This document shows positions 1-10,119 of a DNA stretch of 20,000 bases, piece by piece. Within the stretch, counting starts at the first letter, position 1. Each line of letters begins with the position of its first letter. The stretch is from Psammoneis japonica (lineage: Eukaryota), in the NCBI GenBank assembly GCA_008632985.1, contig QPGO01000107.1:298929-318928 (forward strand), written 5' to 3'. The notes beneath the pieces were generated by a model. That model saw nothing but the letters and a program-made list of their open reading frames with translations. It was not told the DNA's origin and did no database searches. The position numbers and the translations under genes were made by a program.

Positions 1-2520
1 AAGACAGTGACTGTGCTTGCAACAATGTCTTTTTGAAAAGACTCTCCTGCAATCCTGCCCAAAAATTTGGACCTCCCAAACCAGTGCACGTGCACATGGA
101 TGAGAACAACATCAACACACTTGAGTTGGCCATTGTGGTGGCATGCAAAATTCCTGAAGAAGTTTTTGTTGTTGTTGATTTAGAAGAAAATCACAATGTG
201 ATGTGCTGCAACATTGACCCATCTGATGATGACCTCAAGCTGTGCATCATTGGACACAACTCTTAAAACAGCGCCACCATGGCAACATTTTTTGTCTGCA
301 CAATGATTTTGAAAGATTGTGTCCTCCTGATTCATGGATGACAAAAATTGCACCTCATGCAACAAAAACCACCAAGGAGGAATGGTCGACCCACATGAAA
401 TGACAGCCACTGGACAAACAAAAATCTGTTTTGGACCAATTGCACAAACATGAAACCAAGTGAAACAACATTGGTTTGCACACGTTTGTCATTGTCGTTG
501 CAACTTGTCTCAACAATTCTTGGAGAATCAACACAGGTTGGCCCATCCAGAATGACAAAAATGACTTGAACAACCCCACTCCATTGAGTCCAGATCACAC
601 CATCAATTGTCAACATCCAGATGACAATGTGCTCTGGAGCTGCAACTTCATTTTCAAGCTGCAGAACACACATCTCATTGTCATCATGAATGAAGTCATG
701 CCCCTCATTTGCACGAATGAAGTCATGCTGGCTTTTTTGATGGTGATGAACAAAACTCTCAGCACATGCTTGGAGAACTCTCTTTTGTTTTCTTGTGAGC
801 CTGTTTCCACCATGACAATGTGCCGCCAAAGCCATGACAACAACAAACCAACAAAACCACAACAAACTTCAAAATGGAAACAGTTGCACAATGCTTGCCA
901 ATGACTTCTTCCTCATGACCTTGTTGAATTGCACAGAACTTGACATGCAAGAGAGACCAGTCTTGCCAAACCAGAAAAAGATGTTCTTTTAAATGTCAGT
1001 TGTTGATGACATTGAAGAAAAACAACACAAATGCCTTGCCGAGATTTGTAAAAAAAAAAAAGCAAGTGAGCACTCATTGTCCCACACATCACCAAAGGAC
1101 ACAAAAGACAAAAAACCCATTCAATCCAATGTGTGTGCCACAGACACAAACAAATCAAAATGTGTTTGAACTGTCTGCACTTTGACATCATGCAAAGCCC
1201 ATTGGGATTTGTGTGAACACCTGCACAACCTGTGTGAGACCACAGAACAATCAGCGCCAAAATGACTGAAAAAAACCTTGACTCATTTCATCCAACCAGA
1301 TCACCAGGTTTGGAAAACAAAAGCAAATCAATGCCAGTCATCATGCCAGGCACGATGCTCAAATCCCAACAAAAGAGCAAATCTGTCATTTTACAAATGT
1401 GTTTGACAATGAAAAAATTTCATTTGGGTGTTCTTGCCGAGCCATTGCAGATGGTCACACAAAGCAGAAAGCTCCTGTGGAACAAGTGCTGCACGCGTGC
1501 CATTGTTGAAGGTCATTTGAAAACTGGTTCCCCTTTGGAAACCTTGATTTGAGCAACAGCTGGAAGCTGTTGCAGAGCCTGTGACAACAAAGAAAACTGC
1601 AACAAAAACAAGCAATTCTTGCAAATGCAAAATGGGTGAAGTGCACCTTGCATGCGCAAGCTTGCCAACTGTCATGCTGCACTCTCACTCTCTGCTGCAG
1701 TGCAGAGCAGGTGCCAGCAGAGGCTCTCTGCTCTAAAGCCAGCACATGGAGAGGCACTGATGGCACTGCTGCATCTCTTTGCATCTGACGTCCACTGCAA
1801 CTTTGACCAAGACAACCTCGCTGCTGCAGCATGTGCCCCCCCCCCCCCCCCCCCCACTTCAAGATGCCATCTGGTGGTGCTGCAGCACTTTTCTTCAACA
1901 CTTTGCTGCCCAGCCCCAACCCCTTCTGTTGTGAGAGCACTTCCACTGCACCGTGTCCCACAGTGTCAGCTGGCAGTGTTGGCCACCACACTCCATCTCT
2001 GCCAGTGCTGTCCCCCATTTCTGGTGTCACTCAGTTGGCTCACTCCACCAAATGCACAACCCCATGCCCTCAGCACCATGGGAGCAGGCAAGCCTCTCAC
2101 CCTCCCACCTCCTTCTGTGCACATGCTCTCTGGCATGAACAGGGGCCACTCTTCCCACCAGTCATCTCTGCATGCCTCCACTGGGTCCAACGACATTTTG
2201 GGCAAGCACAAGGCACTCCCCCCACCAAGTGGCATCTTGTCATGTGTGCGCTGCAGCCCTGCTGGGGGCTGCCAACAAGTCCCACGGTGCTGTCACAGTT
2301 TGGCAAAGCACCATGTTTTGCTGTGTGGGTGCTGCACCTGCTGGCCACACCCGCTGCTTGCTTCTTGTTGCTCTTTTTCGTGCATTTTCAAAAAAAATCA
2401 GCAGGTTCTTGTCAAGCACACAAAGGGAGCATGTCATCTGACAAACAGCATCATCCTCAGCAATCAGTGTCTTCCTCCAATCAGAGAAGAGGGCTCCCAA
2501 AGCTTTCATAGAATTTCATC
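1..2520. mobile_element. Hypermutated repeat/transposon-derived domain (CpG- and TpA-depleted), family unresolved
   Basis: CG and TA nearly absent, CA/TG in excess. ORFs are Cys/His-rich, Tyr-free and broken. Composition matches the identifiable TE relics at 6650-13560 and returns to normal at about 2520-2690. Confidence 0.6.
700..1490 (+). pseudogene. Possible degenerate Ulp1/peptidase C48-like domain relic (transposon-associated)
   Basis: Across frameshifts, motifs occur in C48 order: TNEVMLAF (~713-736, cf. NDEVINFY), DFFLMTLL (~905), AHWDL (His ~1200), LDSFH (~1280) and Q..AESSCG (~1459-1481). Motif recall only. Confidence 0.35.
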
Positions 2521-2707
2521 AGATGACTGAGTTTTCTCAAAGGAACTCTAGGACAATGAAGAAATGATCCCCACAGATTCTCGCTTTCAAATGACACTGT
2601 CAGTGAAACCTCACAATAGATTCTACATACATCTTCAGCAGCAGTTGCTGATGCTCATGAGTAATGACATTCATTTTAGTGCCGTTAGTCAAGTCAATCC
2701 ATTGAGG

Positions 2708-3088
2708 ATGCGACTTTTGTCGCCGCGTCGGTGTTGTGGCTGGGTTGCCATTGTGGCTTCGCGCTTTGTTTTGATTTTGTGTGATTGGACGTTCGCTTGT
2801 TTCCGCCTTCCCTTTCCTCCATTTATCTCGTTGAAATCGCCATCGATTCCCGGTGCGACTTGCGTCAAGAGAATCCTGCCGTCGACAACTGTTTCTCCTG
2901 CTTCATGGGTTGAAACCAAAGAAGACATCCTCCACGTAGATCCATTGACAAACAATGTTGTCCAGATTTCGATGGACAAGTGCAGAGCCAAGGAATTCAA
3001 AGGACGCGCCTCAAGCGAGACCACCGTTAGCCGCCGTGCTCTTTGTGACCTCGAAAAGGGGATTGCCAAGGCGGAAGGAAAATCGTGA
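2708..3088 (+). CDS. Possible short hypothetical protein or 3' remnant of a gene
   Basis: Open frame in normal-composition DNA ending ...LCDLEKGIAKAEGKS*, convergent with the lipase 3' end. No recognisable domain. Confidence 0.2.
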   Translation: MRLLSPRRCCGWVAIVASRFVLILCDWTFACFRLPFPPFISLKSPSIPGATCVKRILPSTTVSPASWVETKEDILHVDPLTNNVVQISMDKCRAKEFKGRASSETTVSRRALCDLEKGIAKAEGKS

Positions 3089-3228
3089 AAACCAAACTTA
3101 CACTTGCGATGCAAAGGCGCGAGTATTTCCAAAAACAGCTTTCAATGAGCCAGATGCAGATTGAAGAGACGAACTCAGACGTTTTGCAATGGGCGCAGGT
3201 ATAAACAATACACAGCGAAAGCCGCATT

Positions 3229-4468
3229 TTACCAATCGGAACAACATTCACACACTTCTCTCGCAACAGCCGCAAAGTATCCTCCCTTGCACTTGCCATC
3301 CATTCGGGGACATGCCAAACAATGCGCCGCTGCAAACTCTCTCAGCGACAACAAAGTCTTTTGTTCAATATCTTTTATTCGCAAGTCGTCCAACTCTCTT
3401 GTGACGTTGGCGGTTACGGAAATGTTACCATCGATGTATTTTCTCACTCCGACTGGTTGATAATCCCATATATATTCCTTGGCTTGAGATTTGGTCGTGT
3501 TGTCCCAAAGGACGCTGTTCAAACTCTGTGTGTAAGATCATGTTTCCGAGCAGAACACAACTCAAAACACACACCCAATCGACGACATTTACTCACCCAT
3601 CCATCATGTCGGTTGCTTCTTCGTCCATGGCATTCATCACCGCTTGAGACGGAGGCAAAAACGGGACTATATCCAAATAGTATTCGTACGAAGTTTGATT
3701 TACCTGTTTGTAAAAGGCCTTGGCAAATTTTGAATCTCCCGCCTTGGCCGAAGCAAACGTGACTACCTCCGTGACGTTGGGCAATTCCTCATCTTGATTT
3801 ACCAGCATGGCAGCAATACTCGCCATGGCTCCACCCTTGCTGTGGCCCGTCATGAAAATCTTTATGGTATTATTATTTGATTGCATGGCTTCCAAAATGT
3901 TGGACTTCATGGGTTTCCAAATGGATGTGACGGCCCGATAGAATCCCGAATGGAGTCTACCGGGCAAATTGGGAACGCGTTGCAATCGCAGCGCGGCATT
4001 TTGAAGCCAATCGAGTGGCGATACCGTCACTGTCCCACGAAAGGCCAATACTAGACCATCGCATGTTTCTCCCAGTAACACGGAATTGACACTCTTGGTG
4101 ATACGTATCGTGGTAGTTTCAGGTAAGTAACCGGCGGCTTCAAAGTACGGAGGAACTGGATTGTAGGCACATTGCGAGGCGCACAAGAGTCGGCCATCCA
4201 ACGTCTTGGCGACAATTGAGTCGTCGTCGTCCGCGATTTCCTCCTGCACCATGAGGTGTGTCTCTACAATGCCGGTAGCGCCGGTGTCATTGACTACATC
4301 ATCTACCCAAGTTTCGTTAGTGTTTAAAGACGACAACAATCGAGTTGGAAGAATGAATGGCGCTCTTCTAGTCGGAAGAATGCATGTCCTCCTCGATTTT
4401 TGTACACCGGAACATGTAAAAGCATCTGCTACAGCGACAACGGTTATAAAGTGGAATGCTCGAGTCAT
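3229..4468 (-). CDS. Class 3 lipase (Lipase_3, alpha/beta hydrolase), 2 exons: 4468-3597 and 3514-3229; probably plastid-targeted
   Basis: LAFRGT, LHSGFY, nucleophile elbow GHSKGG, catalytic Asp in DIVPFLPP and candidate His in AAAHCL. The 82-nt intron 3596-3515 (GTGAGT...AACAG) joins MMDG|VLWDN in frame. N-terminus is a signal peptide ending ADA-F followed by an Arg/Ser/Thr-rich transit-like segment. Confidence 0.9.
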
Positions 4469-4693
4469 TTTACTTGTTTGACAAACGAAGCTTCAAGGAA
4501 GGCGTTGAGTGTTGATTGCTGCATGCCGGTTCCGGCACCACCGATGTGCAATGTGCAGCCAGAGTTCATTGCTCATCGGCCGGACCATACCTCCCAAGCC
4601 GGGAGTGGGACCATACCTACCCGTACCCGGGGAACGGATAAGCTGGCAAAAAAATGAGGATGACGTCACTCACAGTGCTCGCAGAGCGAGCTA

Positions 4694-5214
4694 CAGTCTG
4701 CTCGCGTTAACATATACTGGGGGTACATACGGTTTTTTAGTATATGTTATAGAGAGGGTATATTATGTTATTCCAGTCTCGTACAAAAGTACGTATATTT
4801 ACCACGTACGTAGAATAAGTACCAAGATTTACGTAGCTTGAAATCTTGCGCTTCTCCCTCACGACTCACGACGCTTTGGGGCCATGTTCGCGCGGCCACC
4901 ACTGTATTTTTTGAAAAAACTCATGACCTGCCTTCATCAATTCTTTGGTCCTGCTAGGTACAAGGAAGCCCAGGACCACTTCTTAGAGTTAAATAATGGT
5001 CAACAAGGGTGTCTACAGTTGTTGTAAGTGTAGTCTTAATGGTTTCATCGCCTCAAACTAGTCGTATCACGGATTCGCAAAATGGTCTGTCGGTCTGTCA
5101 GGCTGTCTGTTTACAGGAAAGTCTGACCTTCGTCCGAGGGGTCAGGCCGGATTTTTTAGTGTGCGTTATAGAGAGAGTATATGTTAAAAAGTGTGTGTTA
5201 GAGCGAGCAGACTG
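4694..5214. mobile_element. Tc1/mariner-type MITE (521 bp) with TA target duplication
   Basis: TA|CAGTCTGCTCGCgttaacatatac at the left end and gtgtgtgttagaGCGAGCAGACTG|TA at the right. 12-bp perfect TIR extending imperfectly to about 24 bp, TA at 4692-4693 and 5215-5216, no coding capacity. Confidence 0.85.
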
Positions 5215-5340
5215 TACTCTCTACTCTAGAGCTAGAGAGGGCCCCACTCTCTAGAGTAGAGAGTAGAGTAGAGAGAGAATGGTGGCAGCTGCTCTCTGCT
5301 CCCTAGAGAGAGAGACTGCAGCTGCTGCAGTCTCTAGCAT
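5215..5340. repeat. CTAG/AGAG low-complexity tract with a 17-bp perfect inverted repeat
   Basis: TACTCTCTACTCTAGAG (5215-5231) and CTCTAGAGTAGAGAGTA (5249-5265) are exact reverse complements with a 17-nt spacer. Confidence 0.8.
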
Positions 5341-6640
5341 GACAGTGCGCGAACATGTTGTGTTGTCTGCCTGCGGGTTGGGGCATCGTCAACAAAATGT
5401 TTCAACTGTCATTTTCAGCGACAAGTTGTTGGTTGTTGAACCCATCTTCACTGGGCTCATTCTCTCCCAGAGTCGAGTGGGTGAAAGGTTGCAAGCAGGA
5501 CCAAGTGGCTCTGGTGCCCCTGTGCTTTTTTGCCAAGCACTCCTGTCAACACCCATGCTGGTCATTTGGCTGGCCAGCTCCTCCATCAGCACCGTTGCAC
5601 TGTGTCCATTGTGTGACTCCCCTCCCTTGTTGCCAAGGATGTCTCTCTTTGTTGGACAGTGCAGTTGTTGATGGGTTGAAGATTGCTGTGTCCATTGCAT
5701 GTGGTGGCAACAGCTTGTCCTCTGCCAGACATGAGCACATTTGGGAGCACAGCAATTGGTCAGAGTTTGTTGTGGGCTTGATGGACTGGGGTGTGTGCGC
5801 TCTGCAAGCAAGAGATGTGTGTCTGTGGTCACACTGGCTTGTGACTTGTTGTCAACAGACAAGACTGTTTGTTGGCATGGCCCAGCCAGCCTGTGCTTCT
5901 GTGTTTCTTGTCAGCACCCAGCCAATGGAGAATGAACAGGGCTGTGCAGCCAAATGCTTGCATTGCAAACCATGGCAAAGGCCATTTCTCCAGGGGCTTT
6001 GAAAATGTTGTGACAAGTTGGGACAATGCCTCCTCCTCTTCATGGCTTTTTTCCTGCATTTTGGAAGCATGGTTTCATGGGCTGATGAGTTGTCTGTGGA
6101 GCTGCCTGCAAGGAGTCTGAGAGAGACAGAGCCCGCATTCAAAGAACTGCAGAGAGTGTGTGCAGAGAACATCCAAGCTGTGGAGCATGCATCAGACTGC
6201 TCATTTGCATGAATCTAGCATCCTTTGGTGGTGCCAAGAAGGAAACAAGCCTGCCAAAAAGTGGGAACTTTCTCATCCGGAAATCTTGGTGGGGCCCATG
6301 GGATGACACAACCACAGGCCAAAGTTCACAGACATGATGGCATTGAGTCTGAGAAATCTGCTGAGCAACAATGAAGCAGAGCTTGTGGCTGTGTGCAACA
6401 AGCTTCAAGAACATCAGGTCAAGGATCACAAGCAGAAGAACATCAATTGCACTCCACTGCCAAGGTCAGCAATTGGGTGGCCATGGTGTGGCCCTGTCTG
6501 AAAGAAAGTGTCAATGAGGCCAGAAGTGCCAAAATTCTGGCTGACCCTCATCCCAGTCCCTTCTGCCATGCTGGCTGTCAGTGCACTGGAGAAGTGTGGT
6601 GGGTCAGCATTTGCTGGCTTTTGCGGAAAAAAGCGCAGTG
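5340..6640. mobile_element. Unidentified hypermutated repeat fragment(s)
   Basis: Same CG/TA depletion. Coding-like plus-strand relics (WADELSVELPARSLRETEPAFKELQRV, NLLSNNEAELVAV). No Copia RNase H motifs recognised where they would be expected. Confidence 0.45.
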
Positions 6641-6649
6641 GTGCCCATG

Positions 6650-8090
6650 GACTGGACTTTTTTTGTGTCCTTGTTGTCAGCTTTGAATGCAGTCTGATTG
6701 TCAGGCCTGGCCCTCACCAGGGAGAGATGCAGCTGCTTGTGGTGGTGAAACATGCACAAGCTGGCCCACTTTGTTCTTGCTCAACAATGGCATCAAGGCA
6801 TCAATGGCAAAACAGGCTTTTTTTGGCAGGGTGTGCTGTGACACCCCTGACATTGCCTGGAACCCAATGGCCAATGGTGCACTGAAGAACACAGCCCTTC
6901 TTTGTGAATTTGACCCTGCCATCCCCAGAGAAATCAGTGGTCATTTGTGCAGCACTTTGCTCCAACATGCAGTGATGGGCACACTGTTTTCTACCTGCAC
7001 TTGTTGTTGAGGGCCATGGCAATGTCCAGTGGCACCCACCATTTGATGTGAAATGGTTTCATTTCATCAGCAACATGCCACATTGTGGCACAGTGCTTGC
7101 CACATTGATGGTCTTGTTGACCATGCACCAATCATGTGGGTTCCTTGACTTGAGTCCTGGGTCTCACCTGCACAGGAATGAGGGCAGATTCATCCAGAGG
7201 AGAAGAGCTCCTTGGAGGATTCCATGTGTGGTCACTTTTTCAGCTCCATGAACAACACAGGTTTTCCCTTCTCTCCATTGCCACACACTTGTGGCACTTC
7301 CTTGCATCAACCCAGTGGAGCAACTCAGCCAGTCTTGTGTGTGTCAACCAGCCCATGATGTCACTGTGCATGAATGCACCTTGCAAGTTGGTGCTCATTG
7401 CTTGGCATTGCTCCTGTGGATCAATTGCAGAAGACAGAAATGAGGTGTGGGATTGCTTCTGTCAGTGCAGAGATGTTTCCTCTTTGCTTTTGTGTGGTCG
7501 TTGTTTCTTCCTGTCAGTGCATCTCCTGCCCTTGATTGCGCTGTCGACGCGTTCCAGCCGTAGGTGGGACTCCGTGTGACATTGGGCCCGTAGAATTCTA
7601 CGTGCGAGCTCCGTAGTACGAGAATTTAATTAATGGATACATTTATCTTCAACATCAAATAAACCGCCAAGTTTGTGGTACAATAGTGCCTCTCACCACT
7701 CGACTTTTTTGCAAATACGCCTGCCCTACGCGATTCTTAAGACATTATAGAATCGCGCTGTAACAAAAAATGTCAAAAGTTGTTGGACGGATCGCTCAAT
7801 AAGTGTACTGTAAAATGACACAAAATATCGAAAAAATCACGTAGAAATCTACGTGCGCGACATACGACGTGATTCAAAAAACTGTCGATGTCACAGTTCA
7901 GTAGTACGAGGTCCCACCTCTAGTAGACCTGGAACACGTCTGTCTTGCCTCTGCTTGAGACACATGAAATGCCTTTGTGTGTTTTTCTTTTGCTCCCTTG
8001 TTGTGTCTTTGGCAAACACCAGCTGGACAACATTGCAGAAGGATGGCTGCTTCATTTGCTTGACCACAGCATCAGCTCTGGCTCTGCCAA
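6650..8090 (-). pseudogene. Copia reverse transcriptase relic, split by the MITE at 7546-7940
   Basis: AVVKQMKQ..TREQKKNTQRHFMCLKQRQD|SAIKGRRCTDRKKQRPHKSKEETS; SAIDPQE..TNLQGAFMHSD; HGILQGALLLW (cf. LYGxLQSALLFW); NPHDWCMVNKTIN.KHCATMWHVAD (cf. NPYDxCVANKxINGKQCTIxWHVDD); MTTDFSGDGRVKF; RARPDNQTA. Confidence 0.9.
7546..7940. mobile_element. Non-autonomous TIR element (395 bp MITE) with 4-bp TSD TGTC, inserted in the Copia RT
   Basis: TGTC|GACGCGTTCCAG..AGGTGGGAC..TGTGACA at the left and TGTCACA..GTCCCACCT..CTGGAACACGTC|TGTC at the right. Removing it restores the RT frame (CAA GAC AGC GCA ATC AAG GGC). A 5-bp CTGTC reading is possible but makes the ends asymmetric. Confidence 0.88.
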
Positions 8091-8909
8091 GCCAACATCC
8101 ACTTGGCAAGGAAAAGTGCCCCCCACCGGGCCTTCAAAGTGTTGGATGATTGGGCGCAGCAGCCAGCCCAGCTCATGATTGCATCTGTGGCTGCAGCCCT
8201 TCTCCTTGCAAGCTTGAAGGTTGCACACCTGGCGCTCCTCTTTCCACATCAGCACCTGTGGTCTGCCAGTGCCACCATCATTGTCTTCCTCTTTGTCACA
8301 GTCACAACCAGAGTTGGGGCCACACTCCACTTGGAGGGCAGGTGCTTGGTCATCCCAGTTTGCCCCCATGACTTCAATTTTCATTGCTCATGTCTTTGGT
8401 CTGTCCCAACTGAGCTTGTCTGGGAATGAGTTCCAGCACCTGGTCTGAGTCAGTGCTGCCCACATCCGCTCCTGCATTTTCTGCTGGTTTGGTCTGTCAC
8501 TCCCCACTCTGGCTTCTTGAGCAGCTTCTTCCACTCCAGTCATTGCACTGGGGCACAGAGTGTTTTCTGTTGAGGGGTCTTCCACTCTTGCTGTTGGCAC
8601 CTCTCTCCAGCAAGTCTCCCACTCATGTGGTTGCCTTGGCTGTGGGCGACACATCTGCTCCACCAGCCAGTGCATCAGATCTCCATTGGAAGCCATTGTT
8701 GGTGGGTGCACTCCTGTGACCCAAGTGTGTCTGGACAAGGGTTGGGTCTGAAATCAGCATCATCTGAGGGATCAGATGAGCAGCCACCATTGTCAAGGAG
8801 GAGTTGTCAGCAGAGTTGTCATTGTTGGGGTCACAGCTTGTGCTCTCATTGTGCACAGAGTTGGGGTGGTGGGGAAGTCAATGTCCACATCTGTCAGCAA
8901 AGGCAAGGG

Positions 8910-9460
8910 TTCAGCACATGTCTTGGCTGGCCCTGAGTTTGTCAACATGGTGAACAACATCAGACAGCATGGGCATGGCTGTCCAGTGGTTTTTGCAAAT
9001 GACATCATGCTTGTTGCCAGTGGTGAGAAACATGAAATGGTGCCCCCCTTGTCCATTTCCTGCAAGTCTGAGGCAGACAGCACTGGTGGTTGTTGGGTGC
9101 ACAGTGTTGTTGCACTCTTCATGGACCTGAGCACAGCTGCCAAACTCAAGGGTTGTGCATGTTTTTGACTGTCAATGTGCTGACCAGTGGTGACACAGCT
9201 CCCTGGTTGTGCTGCCAGGGTTCAGGAGCAGTGCATTGAGCCAGGAAGTGGAGCTGCAGACCAAATGAATGAGGATCATTTGCAAGGTTTGCTTGAAGGG
9301 AAGGGAGCTGAAGCCACTGTGCCTCCTGTCCTTGACTGTTCAGATGCGTTGCTCAACATCTGCCATGTGCACTCATCCTGTGAGTGTGCAGGTTGAATGC
9401 TGCATTTGGCATGAGGTCCTCAAGGGCCTGGAATTCTGGGTCAGCATGAATGGTTGCTGT
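8910..9460 (-). pseudogene. Copia integrase core and C-terminal relic
   Basis: TIHADPEFQALEDLMPNAAFN..QDE..MADVEQRI*TVKDR..SSLPFK..LIHLVCSSTSWLNAL; LEFGSCAQVHEE; TSAVCLRLAGNGQGGHHFMFLTTG..HWTAMPM. Confidence 0.9.
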
Positions 9461-9478
9461 CAGGGTTTGTCAGTGCCA

Positions 9479-9890
9479 ACACCTGAGGACCATGTGACCT
9501 TCTTGAGCATGGCAGCTGCAGCACTGCCCCTGCTGTGTGGTGGCACATGCACTGAGCTTGCTGCTCTTGTTGCCACCACCACATCCTTTTGGGCTTGTTG
9601 TGCTGCTCAATGTCCTGCACTTTGTCTGGCTCCTCTGTTGCACTGGTTGACAGCGACCCTTTCAGTTGTGAAGGCTGGCTCAGTTTTGTCACTGTGAGTG
9701 CCACCATTGTGGTGCTCAGGTGGCACACAGTTGAGGGTGCAGCTGCAGCAGGTTCCTCTGCAGACTTTGGGCCATTGTCCAAACCCCTTGAGCACTTGCT
9801 TCAATGTCTGCCACAAGGTTCCCACATCAATTGTGGTTGCTGTTGAGGAGGGGAAAACACCCCCAACAGATTGACTTTGTCCCCTCACAG
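9479..9890 (-). pseudogene. Copia gag C-terminal relic with CCHC zinc knuckle
   Basis: LLNSNHN*CGNLVADIE (cf. LLNSDxxRYGxLVxDIEN); LKGFGQWPK..LNCVPP; knuckle-like QCCSCHAQEGHMVLRC at about 9526-9479. Confidence 0.75.
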
Positions 9891-10119
9891 ATCAGTCACA
9901 AAATGGGAATCCCGGACTCAGCATGGGTTCCATGTTGTTTGCAGGACTCCCCCCCCCCCCCCCAGTGGCCAGAGCTGGCATTGGGCAAAAGATTTAAAAG
10001 TTCACTTCAGCTGCAGCATGCTGCATCAATCCTCTTGCTGTCTCTCCCACCAGCATTTAATTTGCTGTGTTGTGTTGTTTGCTTCATCATTGACTGTGTC
10101 AAGTGTGGGTGGTGATGAG

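Noticed and set aside
1836..1855. Poly-C runs (also 9949-9963) as functional G-quadruplex elements
   Set aside because: Simple homopolymers of unreliable length inside decayed repeats, with no supporting context.
1652..2530. 292-aa and 226-aa ORFs as real genes
   Set aside because: Tyr-free, Cys/His-rich and overlapping, with no domain. Explained by loss of TAA/TAG stops.
2689..3132. 147-aa minus-strand ORF as a further lipase exon or separate gene
   Set aside because: The lipase already ends at 3229 after its catalytic His, and this ORF has no recognisable features.
7546..7940. TGTGACA / TGTCACA read as the ends of two divergent LTRs
   Set aside because: They lie inside inverted repeats bounded by a TSD, and the Copia RT is continuous across the insert, so this is one TIR element.
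9820..9855. LLNS..TIDV as the Copia protease motif LLDSQST
   Set aside because: The continuing frame (LLNSNHN*CGNLVADIE) and the downstream zinc knuckle show it is gag.
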